From assembly GCA_964512715.1 (NCBI GenBank), contig CAZEJX010000001.1:1-36505 (forward strand): DNA of 36,505 nt. The letters are read 5' to 3'. Shown here piece after piece: positions 8,631 through 17,667 of the stretch. Position 1 is the first letter of the stretch. Every line of letters starts with the position of its first letter. This stretch comes from an uncultured Candidatus Saccharibacteria bacterium (GTDB lineage: Bacteria > Patescibacteriota > Minisyncoccia > UBA6257 > 2-01-FULL-56-20). A program made the translations under genes and the position numbers. The notes beneath the pieces were generated by a model. That model saw nothing but the letters and a program-made list of their open reading frames with translations, was not told the DNA's origin and did not search any database.

Positions 8631-9440
8631 CTCGCGGATAGAGCGATCAATATATTCAGGAAGATCTTCCGGCTCGACGAGTACGCCCAGAGCCTGGAGC
8701 ATGCTCGCAAACCGTTTTTCAATTTCGTGATTTATAGCCGCCGCCGCCTCGAAACGCGTCATCCCGTCGAAGAAAGGATGGCCCGCGTTCAATGTGATCC
8801 CCTCCTCATTCATCGTGCTGTAATCGGGGTTTGCAGCGTTCGCGATATTTCTCCGGTCGATATCATTGATTTTTTTGCCATCTATGATTTCAGCCGGTTC
8901 TGCCCAGCTGCTCCCCCGGGTGTAGTTATCAATATAATGAGCAATGAGATGCGCACAATCTTCTTCGGTGAGCTCGTGTTTATCCAAAATCTCTTTTACA
9001 AAAAACGTATCTTCCGGATCACCGGTTACATGCCCCGCGAAGGAAATCACCATTTCGGACACCCCGGCATTCCGAAGCATCGCTTCATTTTCTTTTTCGA
9101 TCGCGAGAACCGCTTGGCGCCCGCTCCCACCCTCCGCAATTTCGGATTTGGTGCGCTTGATTTCTTCCCTTTTATTAAAATCGTGGACCGCTGCAGCTCG
9201 TCCAAGGACTTCGCGGATTTCATGTGAAAGACCTAAGAGCTCAGCCAGCGTTTCGGCACGGGCCGCCTCAATGAGGCAATGCTCCGTGACATTACTCCAA
9301 TCCCTGCCACTCTCATCTTTTTCCCAAAGCTTACCGAGTGTTTCGTGAAGCTGAAGCTCATGCTCATGGGTATGAGCAAGTGCAAGAAAATAATCCTGCT
9401 CCTCTTTTGTCCGACCCTGAAATACAGGCGGCAAATTCAT
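8607..9440 (-). CDS. HD-domain phosphohydrolase-like protein
   Basis: It has an H...HD pattern (EHCLIEAA ... AAAVHDFNK). It is the last gene of the long minus-strand operon, and its ATG lies 1 nt after the upstream stop. Confidence 0.55.
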   Translation of the reverse strand: MNLPPVFQGRTKEEQDYFLALAHTHEHELQLHETLGKLWEKDESGRDWSNVTEHCLIEAARAETLAELLGLSHEIREVLGRAAAVHDFNKREEIKRTKSEIAEGGSGRQAVLAIEKENEAMLRNAGVSEMVISFAGHVTGDPEDTFFVKEILDKHELTEEDCAHLIAHYIDNYTRGSSWAEPAEIIDGKKINDIDRRNIANAANPDYSTMNEEGITLNAGHPFFDGMTRFEAAAAINHEIEKRFASMLQALGVLVEPEDLPEYIDRSIREKIKTARR

Positions 9441-9441
9441 C

Positions 9442-9957
9442 CTAATCTACATACTTACCCGCCTCATCCCGCTGAGAGAGCATCGGATTCTTGATCGGCC
9501 ACCAGATATTGTACTTCGGATCGTCGTAACGAATCGAAAACTGGCTCTGTGGGTCGTAATATTCTGATTGCTTATAGCAAAATACGATTTTATCGGAGAG
9601 GGCGAGGTGACCGTTTCCGAATTTCGGTGGTACGAGCACTTGCCAGCGATTCGCATCGGTTAGTACAAACGACTCCCATTGCTTGTACTGCGGGGAAGTC
9701 TCATCGCAGTTCACTACCACGAAATAGAAACGACCGTATCCGCACGAAATGAGCTTATAGGTTTTTTGATCGCCATGAATGCCGCGCAGCGTTCCTTGCG
9801 AAGACGAAGAGAGGTCGTCACAGACAAAATCCATCGCGATGCCGTGTTCGGCATACAATTTTTTATTAAAGGTCTCCACGTAGGCGCCCCGAAAATCCTC
9901 GTGAACATCGGGTTTTACGAGAAGCACACCATCAAGCTTTGTCTTTTGGATTTCCAT
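9442..9957 (-). CDS. dTDP-4-dehydrorhamnose 3,5-epimerase-like cupin (RmlC family)
   Basis: KLDGVLLVKPDVHEDFRGAYVETF, GTLRGIHGDQKTYKLISC and PPKFGNGHLAL correspond to the RmlC His/Asp dyad and cupin motifs. Confidence 0.85.
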   Translation of the reverse strand: MEIQKTKLDGVLLVKPDVHEDFRGAYVETFNKKLYAEHGIAMDFVCDDLSSSSQGTLRGIHGDQKTYKLISCGYGRFYFVVVNCDETSPQYKQWESFVLTDANRWQVLVPPKFGNGHLALSDKIVFCYKQSEYYDPQSQFSIRYDDPKYNIWWPIKNPMLSQRDEAGKYVD

Positions 9958-9966
9958 AGGCTCACT

Positions 9967-10908
9967 CTATACCTTTGGGGACCAAATAACAATCGAATAC
10001 TCCGTAAGCAAACTGCCTCCGAGATAGGTACGAAATGCCTTTTCTACAGTAAGCGTCCCCTGTTTTTCCCGTTCGCGCAAACTACTCATAAAGTTCGACA
10101 GGTAATTACGACGCTTAAAATATTCGATGACCAGATAATCCAAGAGATTCTCCGGATCCATGAGTTCCCAGACCGGCTCAACGTGGAAGCACCGTTCGGG
10201 TTTATTTTTCAAAAGATAATCGATGAAGGCGCCGTGTTCGCTCCCCACCTGTTCCAGAGCACCTACGGTATAGACCACGCTCCCCGGTTCCAGGGCGAAC
10301 GATTCATCGGGATGAAAGAAATCAAACTTTCTCCCAAAGGTGTCCTTTGCCAATCCTTCCTTTACCATTTCCGCGATAATGTTCTGCGATGCCTCCGCCC
10401 AATCAAGACCGTAGATTTTCGCGGTGGGGTTGAATTCGCGCAAGCGCAGGAGGTGATGGCCGGTGCCGCAGCCGAATTCATACACGGCCGGCGCTTTTGC
10501 GGCATATTTTTCAAAAAGCCAGCTGAGCATTATCGAAAGAACCTTATAATCAAAGCCTTTCTCAGTTGGCTTCACATACTCCCGGCGCCAGCGTGCCCAG
10601 CGGGTGAGTTCCCGATCTACCGAAAAATACGCGGGTAGTAAGCCTTCCTTTCCCTCTTTCTTCAGGGCCTCGAGGTTAGATGACCAACCCTTCTCCCATT
10701 TCTCGATACGATGCGCGCCAGACTTATCCATCTGCACGGGGTCGAGGAGAATCTGAATAGCGCTTCTCAAGCAATAATCCCGCTCGGCTGACGTGAGTTC
10801 CGTATAGCTTACTGCAAGATCTCTCACAATCCCCTCGACTCGTGGACTCAACGACTCGCCTACTACGCCCGCAATATCTTCCGGAGTTAGCGTTTTTGGT
10901 TCTAACAT
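9967..10908 (-). CDS. SAM-dependent methyltransferase (class I) with N-terminal extension
   Basis: It has motif I YEFGCGTGHHL, and a LDW acidic residue after beta-2. Confidence 0.65.
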   Translation of the reverse strand: MLEPKTLTPEDIAGVVGESLSPRVEGIVRDLAVSYTELTSAERDYCLRSAIQILLDPVQMDKSGAHRIEKWEKGWSSNLEALKKEGKEGLLPAYFSVDRELTRWARWRREYVKPTEKGFDYKVLSIMLSWLFEKYAAKAPAVYEFGCGTGHHLLRLREFNPTAKIYGLDWAEASQNIIAEMVKEGLAKDTFGRKFDFFHPDESFALEPGSVVYTVGALEQVGSEHGAFIDYLLKNKPERCFHVEPVWELMDPENLLDYLVIEYFKRRNYLSNFMSSLREREKQGTLTVEKAFRTYLGGSLLTEYSIVIWSPKV

Positions 10909-10941
10909 TGGCTCTTACGGTAGCAGTAATCCGAGGAACAA

Positions 10942-12075
10942 TCAATTGGCCGTAAAGTTTCCCGAGGCGTCTAAGAAATAATTTCGGCTGAAGTAATCGC
11001 GCTGATCCTTGGACTGAACGCCTCCTTTTCGTAGTCTCCTCAAGAGGAATTCCAAACCTCGCCGCCCCAAGCGCCCCACCGCACGCACGCTACAAACAAC
11101 ACGTTCGATCCAAGAAAACTCTTTGAAAAAACGCCGCGATTCAGACTTGCCTTGTTGTATGTCAGCAAAAAACTTGCGCGGACCGGTCCGGATGAAACGG
11201 ATAAAGAGCGAGGTGAGCGCTTCGGTTCCCAGAAAGAGCTTCATGCCACGATAGAAACTTGGCCACTTTGCTTTATACATGAAAGAGAACGTGGTGAGAT
11301 ACTGATAATAATGCGTAAGGACTTTTGTGAGCGATTCCTGCCCCAGGTCAAAATGGATAGTCTGGCCGCCCATCGTTTTTAAATGGCAGAGCGCGCTGCT
11401 AAATATGAAACGCTCGTGCCGACTCAGAATCTCGAGGAACATGACGGCGTCGATCCCGAACCCTTGTGTGAAAAGCGATCTGAGCTCCGGAGTAACGGCC
11501 TCGGATGTCGGATAATGGGTAAGGAAATAATTAAATGAGGCTACGGCATCTTCCTTGCGAATGAGCGCCAGCGCGCTTATATAAAGATGGGTCGGACGAT
11601 ACATCTCTTTCGCAAACCACGAGGCCGGGTAAGCCTTTGGACGGGAAAACTCTCCGAATACCTCGTTTTCTAAAATAAAGTGATCCGGCTTATCTTCGAG
11701 AAGACTTACCAGGCGCGGAATGACGCCGGCGGCATCCGGAAATTCTTCAAACGTTTCTATTCCCTTTTCGATATAATCCCTGGCAATCCAATCGTCCGCG
11801 CCGATCATCATTACAAATTTTCCGTGAGCAAGTTCGAACGATTTCCTGAGCCGCTCTGGGAATGTGCCTTCCTCGACACGCACATAGGTTATGCGCGGAT
11901 CCCGAGCCGCATATTGCTTCACGATTTCCGCGCTGCCATCCGTGCTCGCGCCATCGACTACCACCAATTCCACGTTGGCGTAGGTCTGCTGGAGGACGCT
12001 TTCGAGAACCCGGTAGATATAGCGTTCCGCCCGGAAAAAAGTTGTGCAGACGCTCACTAAAGGTTTTTCCGGCAT
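10942..12075 (-). CDS. Glycosyltransferase family 2
   Basis: It has VSVCTTFFRAERYI, VVVDGASTDGS and IGADDW (a DxD-like motif) in an N-terminal GT-A fold pattern. Confidence 0.8.
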   Translation of the reverse strand: MPEKPLVSVCTTFFRAERYIYRVLESVLQQTYANVELVVVDGASTDGSAEIVKQYAARDPRITYVRVEEGTFPERLRKSFELAHGKFVMMIGADDWIARDYIEKGIETFEEFPDAAGVIPRLVSLLEDKPDHFILENEVFGEFSRPKAYPASWFAKEMYRPTHLYISALALIRKEDAVASFNYFLTHYPTSEAVTPELRSLFTQGFGIDAVMFLEILSRHERFIFSSALCHLKTMGGQTIHFDLGQESLTKVLTHYYQYLTTFSFMYKAKWPSFYRGMKLFLGTEALTSLFIRFIRTGPRKFFADIQQGKSESRRFFKEFSWIERVVCSVRAVGRLGRRGLEFLLRRLRKGGVQSKDQRDYFSRNYFLDASGNFTAN

Positions 12076-12080
12076 GAGTT

Positions 12081-12657
12081 TTATCCCGCCGATTGCAGCT
12101 CTTGTTCTACCGCGTCGGTTAATGCATGGAGAAGCGTGTTGTGCACTTCCTGAATGCGTCCGGTGCTCGTTGAAGGCACGATGAATTCGATGTCAGCCAT
12201 ACCTTTGGTCTTGCCGCCGTCTTTACCGAGAAACACTACCGTGGCTACACCGCGTGCTTTGGCTATCTGAAGTGCTTCCAAAATATTCTTTGAATTGCCG
12301 CTTGTTGAGATCCCCAAGAAAACATCACCTTTACGCGCATGGGCTTCTACCTGCCGGGCAAAAACAAGATCGAAACTATAATCATTGCTCCAAGCAGTAA
12401 GAATGGATGTATCCACGCTCAACGCAATCGCCGAGTACGGCGGGCGCTCCAGTTTCTCATATTTACCGACAAACTCCGCGGCGAGGTGTTGAGCTTGCGC
12501 GGCAGATCCACCATTGCCCGCGATCAAAAGCCTTCCCCCGTTTTTGAAACACTCCACAAGAACGACCACGGCGCGGTCGAACGCTCCCAGAAATAGCTGG
12601 TTCGAGAGCAGTTCCTCTTGCAACGCGATTGATTCTTCAAAATGTTTTTTGAGCATA
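12081..12657 (-). CDS. gmhA: Sedoheptulose-7-phosphate isomerase (SIS domain, GmhA)
   Basis: GGRLLIAGNGGSAAQAQHLAAEF, GISTSGNSKNI, LGKDGGK and RIQEVH align motif for motif with E. coli GmhA. The start is set to ATG 12655..12657 (MLKKHF). The track start is a TTG upstream. Confidence 0.85.
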
Positions 12658-12694
12658 GCTAATACCCAAACAGTAGGGCATTCCCGCTCAATGG

Positions 12695-13423
12695 TCAACT
12701 CTTTTTCCGGGCGTGAATCAAGAGATTTTGAGTAAAGATCCCTTGCGAAGATCCGGTCTCAATAAGCAAATAGCACCTGAGCTTCAATTCAATAACGCGC
12801 CACAGAAGCGCGCGCAACCCTGATACGATGCCGTGCGCTACCGGTCGCTGTGGCCTCACGTCTATTTCATGGAAGCCCGTAACGGAAAGAACCTGATGAG
12901 CGGAGGAACTCGTAAGAGCGTTTTCATGAGTAAAATCTCCGTGCCTTAAACGTCCCCAGAGAAGATTTTCCGCATTCACGGTTTGGATGATGATGCTTCC
13001 ATCCGGTTTCAAGGCGCGCGCAAGAAGATCGAGCACGTCGAGAATCTCGTCTTTTCTGAAGTGCTCAAAAATGTCGCGCGCAAAAATGCAATCGAATTGA
13101 CCTTCGTGCTTCGGAAGGTACGCGGTGATATCTTCGCGTACGAGATTCTTCACGCCCATCGCCTCCCCCGCGGCAATTTGCTCGGCACTGATATCCACTC
13201 CTCGGGCTGACCGAAGACCTTGGGACTGCAACCAGAGCACGAAGCTCCCCTCGCCGCAGCCGATATCTAAGACAGCCGCGTCTTTCTTCTTCGGGAGCCA
13301 TTCTCCAAAATACGCCCTCCACACCGGAAACTGGCGTTCGGCTGAAGCACGGGAGCGTTCGCCATAGAGATGCGCCGTATGTTCCGACGCATAGCGGCTA
13401 TACAAGCGGTCGCGATAATCCAT
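12695..13423 (-). CDS. Class I SAM-dependent methyltransferase
   Basis: It has VLDIGCGEGSF (motif I), GVDIS, and FDCIFARDIFEH. Confidence 0.8.
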   Translation of the reverse strand: MDYRDRLYSRYASEHTAHLYGERSRASAERQFPVWRAYFGEWLPKKKDAAVLDIGCGEGSFVLWLQSQGLRSARGVDISAEQIAAGEAMGVKNLVREDITAYLPKHEGQFDCIFARDIFEHFRKDEILDVLDLLARALKPDGSIIIQTVNAENLLWGRLRHGDFTHENALTSSSAHQVLSVTGFHEIDVRPQRPVAHGIVSGLRALLWRVIELKLRCYLLIETGSSQGIFTQNLLIHARKKS

Positions 13424-13430
13424 GAAAGCA

Positions 13431-14576
13431 CTATACCTTTCTTGCGCTATTTTTTATAGCCCGGCTTATTCCCTCGATATCAGCTTCAAAGCTGTAACGC
13501 TCTACGATCGCGCGGGAGGCGCGGCCGAATTCCTCGCACTTCTTCGGCTCTTCAATGAGTCGTAAAAGAGCATCTCGAAGCTCAGAAACATTTCCCAGCC
13601 GGAACGTATAGCCATTCCTGTCTTCTTCTACAAGATCAGACGCGCTGCCTACGCGGCGAGAAAGAATAATCGGCAAACCGAAACACATTGCTTCATTTGC
13701 GACGAGGCCCCAGGTTTCTCCCTGTCCGGACGGTAAGACGAAGAAATCCGCGGCGGCGTAGTATCGGCCGATCTCTTGCATGTTCTTAAAACCGGCGAAA
13801 TGCACATCCTCAATATTTTTTTCACGTATGGTTTTTTCTAAAGCCGGGCGAAGCATTCCTTCCCCCACAAAAACAAGCGCCACATCTTCGCGACTAAGAT
13901 CGCCGAAGGCGAGGAGTAGATCCATCGGATTTTTCTTAGGAATCAATTTGCCTACAAAGAGAATAACTTTCTTTGCCGTAGGTAAACCGAGTTCTTGCCG
14001 GATGTTGTCTTTGCGCGGCAAAAACTCTTCTGCTTCTCTCAGGAGCCGATCGTTATCCACTGCATAGGGAGTAAAGAATAGTTTTTTCTCCGACACCCCC
14101 AGTTGTTTATAAAATTCCTTATTTTCTTTTCCGATGAAGAGAAAACCGGCCACCATCTTGAATGCATAGCGAAGCACTATGCGTTTCATTTGTTGCAAAA
14201 AACTTCCCTTCTCTACCTCTTGATTCCAGGGGCTTTCCGAGCGCAGGAAAAGCGGCGTGCCGGAAAAAAGCGCGGCAAGAGCAATGAGCGCTATCTCAAA
14301 AGAATTCCAGCCGAAGACCAGTATTCCATCAAAGCGCTTTTTAAAGAGCAGTCGCGGGAGCTCGAATGAGGATGAGAGAAAGGAGTGCTCATATCCTTCA
14401 AGGAGTGGCAGATCCCATTGAATCACCTTGCCGAATTCAGGATCATACGCCGGCTCCGTAGCTCCCCGGGTACGGAAATAGACCTGCGGCACTACTCGAC
14501 CGTCACGAGCCATCGCTTTGAAGAGCGGTGTCTGATACTGGATAGGATGCGAAGCGAATATGGCAAGGCGATGCAT
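13431..14576 (-). CDS. Glycosyltransferase family 4 (GT-B, RfaB-like)
   Basis: The C-terminal FVLPSGQGETWGLVANEAMCFGLP matches the EX7E region. Confidence 0.8.
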   Translation of the reverse strand: MHRLAIFASHPIQYQTPLFKAMARDGRVVPQVYFRTRGATEPAYDPEFGKVIQWDLPLLEGYEHSFLSSSFELPRLLFKKRFDGILVFGWNSFEIALIALAALFSGTPLFLRSESPWNQEVEKGSFLQQMKRIVLRYAFKMVAGFLFIGKENKEFYKQLGVSEKKLFFTPYAVDNDRLLREAEEFLPRKDNIRQELGLPTAKKVILFVGKLIPKKNPMDLLLAFGDLSREDVALVFVGEGMLRPALEKTIREKNIEDVHFAGFKNMQEIGRYYAAADFFVLPSGQGETWGLVANEAMCFGLPIILSRRVGSASDLVEEDRNGYTFRLGNVSELRDALLRLIEEPKKCEEFGRASRAIVERYSFEADIEGISRAIKNSARKV

Positions 14577-14578
14577 AG

Positions 14579-15610
14579 TTACCCGATAAGTGATTGAATC
14601 TTTTTCTCGAAAGCCTCTTTACCATAGGCCTGGAGCACTGTCTCACGCAAGAGGTTCTTATCGAGCAGTTGCTGCGGGGCTCGTTTATTAAGAATAGAGG
14701 CAATCGCAATCCTCAGCGCCTCCCGGTCTTGAGGATCGATAAGAATGCCGAGTTTACCGTCGAGTAACGCGTCCCGGGAACCGTCTTTGTTTCCGGCGAC
14801 AACGGGAACTCCGCAAGCGAGCGCCTCGACATACACAATGCCAAACCCTTCCCCTTCCGAAGGCATAACGAATACATCAGCCGCGTTATAGATGGCTACG
14901 AGCTCGGACAAAGAAGAAGCGTTATCAATAATCATGACGCGCTCACGCACGCCGAGCTCTTCTGCTTTCGCGCGGAGTCGTGGCAAATCCGTGCCGCTAC
15001 CCGTCAGAATATAAAAGAGCGATGAAAACTCCCGCAGCAACTCGGGCAATACTTCGAGTACCGCGTCATAGCCTTTGTACCGCTCGCGCGCGTCGAAGCG
15101 GGCTACAGTCAGCATAATTTTCGCGTCCGTGAGCGCGTGATGCATTCGAAACTCATTGTCATCCCGTCTCACAAAGACACTGCCGTCTACCATATTGCCC
15201 AACACAACTATGTTCTCCTTCAGACTGGGCACTTGTTCGGCTATTTTTTCCTTCGTATATCGAGAAGCCGCGGTAATACGCCGTGCTCTCTTTAGCATGA
15301 TTTTTTGAAACCAGCTCAGATTCCACACTTCAATGCCATGCGTGAAAACGACATAGGAATATCCAAACCACGAGGCACACCACCCCGCGATAGCAAAACG
15401 GATATGTCCGCACCAAATCTCCTGGGGCTTTTTTCGAGCTATGGTCCGCAAAGAGTCCCAAAGGAATTCAGAGGGGCTTTTGGCATTTTCCCGAATTACG
15501 AGCTCTATCGTTGCGCCAAACTTTTTGGCGGCCGCGATTACAGCCCCATTGAAACGCTGGATCCCGCCCTGACGCTTGGGATCAGACGCGAGAAAAACGA
15601 TGCGCATCAT
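14579..15610 (-). CDS. Glycosyltransferase family 4 (GT-B)
   Basis: FVMPSEGEGFGIVYVEALACGVPVV matches the EX7E region. The start is probably ATG 15608..15610 or 15605..15607 (MMRIVFLAS), which removes the overlap with the upstream ORF. Confidence 0.8.
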   Translation of the reverse strand: MMRIVFLASDPKRQGGIQRFNGAVIAAAKKFGATIELVIRENAKSPSEFLWDSLRTIARKKPQEIWCGHIRFAIAGWCASWFGYSYVVFTHGIEVWNLSWFQKIMLKRARRITAASRYTKEKIAEQVPSLKENIVVLGNMVDGSVFVRRDDNEFRMHHALTDAKIMLTVARFDARERYKGYDAVLEVLPELLREFSSLFYILTGSGTDLPRLRAKAEELGVRERVMIIDNASSLSELVAIYNAADVFVMPSEGEGFGIVYVEALACGVPVVAGNKDGSRDALLDGKLGILIDPQDREALRIAIASILNKRAPQQLLDKNLLRETVLQAYGKEAFEKKIQSLIG

Positions 15611-15618
15611 GAGTGGAG

Positions 15619-17646
15619 CTACTTCGCGGTACTTGTCGCGAATGCATCCGGCCAAAGTTTCAGGATTTCGGCTTTTTCCGTATCCGCCGCGGCGGTTTGT
15701 TTCGCATCTGTGTAGAGCTGATAGAGACCGAAGAGCGGCTGGGGAAGTTTTGGTCCGATTTCGTGAGCCTGATTAAATGCTGTTTCCACTGCTTTGAAAT
15801 CCTCGACGCGGTGGAAGTTTCTGAGGAGTATGTAGTGCATCTGCGCGATGACGATGAGATGACGCACATCATTTTGCCAGAGATAGGGCTCAATGTAGTT
15901 TACGAGCGCGCGGGCGACCGGTTCAGAATCAGGGCTCGCAAGGCGCGGCAAGAGGCTCGTGATGTCGCTCGAGAGATATTTCGGAAGTTCTTCGCCGCCG
16001 ATAGGAGAATAGAATTGGAGCGCGTAATTGAAGTGATTTTCGAAATCGCGTTCGTCGCTTATCGAGTTTGCGGTTGTCTCGGCGGCGATATAGCGCGAGG
16101 CCTTGACGTACGGTAGGATCGCGCCGAAGTAAATCGCGAGAAGAGCGAGAATACTCCCGATAAGTGCTGTCATATATATCGCCGAGCCGGGAAGATAGGA
16201 TCGCTTGTCATGCTGAGCTGCGCTTGCAGGCTCCGGCATGAAAAGATACAGCGCGAAAGCAAAGAGGATAAAGAGATTGATGTAGGTCGCAAGCACATCG
16301 AAAAGAATCAATCCCTGCACGAGATAGGCAACGCTTACGCCAGCTACACCGGCTTTCATAGCGGCGCTTCGCCAGGTTGAATCGCTTGCATCTGCCGGAC
16401 GCGGCGTTTTTTTGAATACGAAGAAGGCTAAGACAACGAAAATAGAGAGGAACGCCAGGAGTCCGAGCGCGCCTGCGGCCACCAAGTTATCGAAGATAAT
16501 GCTGTGAGCGCGATCAAACCATGCTCCAAAACCCTGACTCGGTACGAAGTAACGTGGATTAAAGAATCGATCGAAGACCCAAATGAAATTTTCCGCGCCA
16601 TAGCCCAAAAGCGGGTGATGCTTCCACGCATCCCAGGCAATCCCCCACATGATGGTGCGGGTAGAGAAGGTGCCTTCTGAACCGGAGCTCACTACATTTG
16701 AAAGCGAAATATCAAAGATGCGCGCACCCGGGAGATGTGATACCAACGAAGTGTGCCGGAATCCTACGAGGAGCGACGCGATAATAACGATACCGAGCGC
16801 TAAGCCGATAGCCCATTTGCGGAACCGTTTTTCGGATATGCCAAAGATAAATGCTCCCGCGGTAATGCCCGCGAGGACACCGAGAAACGCGCCACGCGTG
16901 CCGGAGAAATAGAATACTACACCAAGCGTGATAGCAATGAGGCTGTACCCAAACACTCGCTCCCGGAACCGCCAGGCAGCGGAACGGACAAAGAGCACGG
17001 CAAGGTAGAAGAGAATAAAGATAAGATAGGCGGCTACATAAGCAGGATTTCCTACCGATCCCTGGAATCGATCTCCGAAGTGCGGCCCCACAAATTTATG
17101 GAAAAGATTATAGAGCGGTCCGCCCGTGCCCTTCAGCATCTGGGACCCGGCGCTATTTACGTTTACGATATCCGCATCTATATATTTCAATCCGGCACCG
17201 ATGCCATAGGCGACCATGAGACCCGCGGCAATGACTGAACACCAGAAGAGCTTTCGCCAATCCCGTTCTTCTTTTAAGAGAGTCGCAAGAAGAACGAAGA
17301 ATATATAGAGGGTGAGCATTTGAAACCCTCCTTCGCCCCGCTCGAAGTTAGACCAGAAGGAGAATGCCGGGCGGAGGCCAGTAAACCCCGCGATGATAAA
17401 GATGAAGACGTACGCTGAAACCGCCCAGGCGAGTGGCGAACGAAAGATCTGCCGCAAACGGCTGAGGTACTCCCCCGCCTTCGGATCCATCGCGAGACCG
17501 AGCACGAAGAAAATCAGGGCGAGGTATACGCACAGGCGGAAGAACACATACTTTCCGACAATAAAGGGAAAGAGGGTGCCAACCGTGACAATAGTTACCG
17601 CAAAGACGCTGGCGAAGAGGAAAAATTTTGCGATTTTGAAGAACAT
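15619..17646 (-). CDS. O-antigen ligase/polymerase-like (Wzy_C) polytopic membrane protein with soluble helical C-terminal domain
   Basis: The first ~470 aa contain about 12 hydrophobic segments, with a SGTRGAFLGVLAG-type Wzy_C loop region. They are followed by about 200 aa of hydrophilic helical sequence. Confidence 0.7.
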   Translation of the reverse strand: MFFKIAKFFLFASVFAVTIVTVGTLFPFIVGKYVFFRLCVYLALIFFVLGLAMDPKAGEYLSRLRQIFRSPLAWAVSAYVFIFIIAGFTGLRPAFSFWSNFERGEGGFQMLTLYIFFVLLATLLKEERDWRKLFWCSVIAAGLMVAYGIGAGLKYIDADIVNVNSAGSQMLKGTGGPLYNLFHKFVGPHFGDRFQGSVGNPAYVAAYLIFILFYLAVLFVRSAAWRFRERVFGYSLIAITLGVVFYFSGTRGAFLGVLAGITAGAFIFGISEKRFRKWAIGLALGIVIIASLLVGFRHTSLVSHLPGARIFDISLSNVVSSGSEGTFSTRTIMWGIAWDAWKHHPLLGYGAENFIWVFDRFFNPRYFVPSQGFGAWFDRAHSIIFDNLVAAGALGLLAFLSIFVVLAFFVFKKTPRPADASDSTWRSAAMKAGVAGVSVAYLVQGLILFDVLATYINLFILFAFALYLFMPEPASAAQHDKRSYLPGSAIYMTALIGSILALLAIYFGAILPYVKASRYIAAETTANSISDERDFENHFNYALQFYSPIGGEELPKYLSSDITSLLPRLASPDSEPVARALVNYIEPYLWQNDVRHLIVIAQMHYILLRNFHRVEDFKAVETAFNQAHEIGPKLPQPLFGLYQLYTDAKQTAAADTEKAEILKLWPDAFATSTAK

Positions 17647-17667
17647 AGATGTACTTCAGTATAGCAT

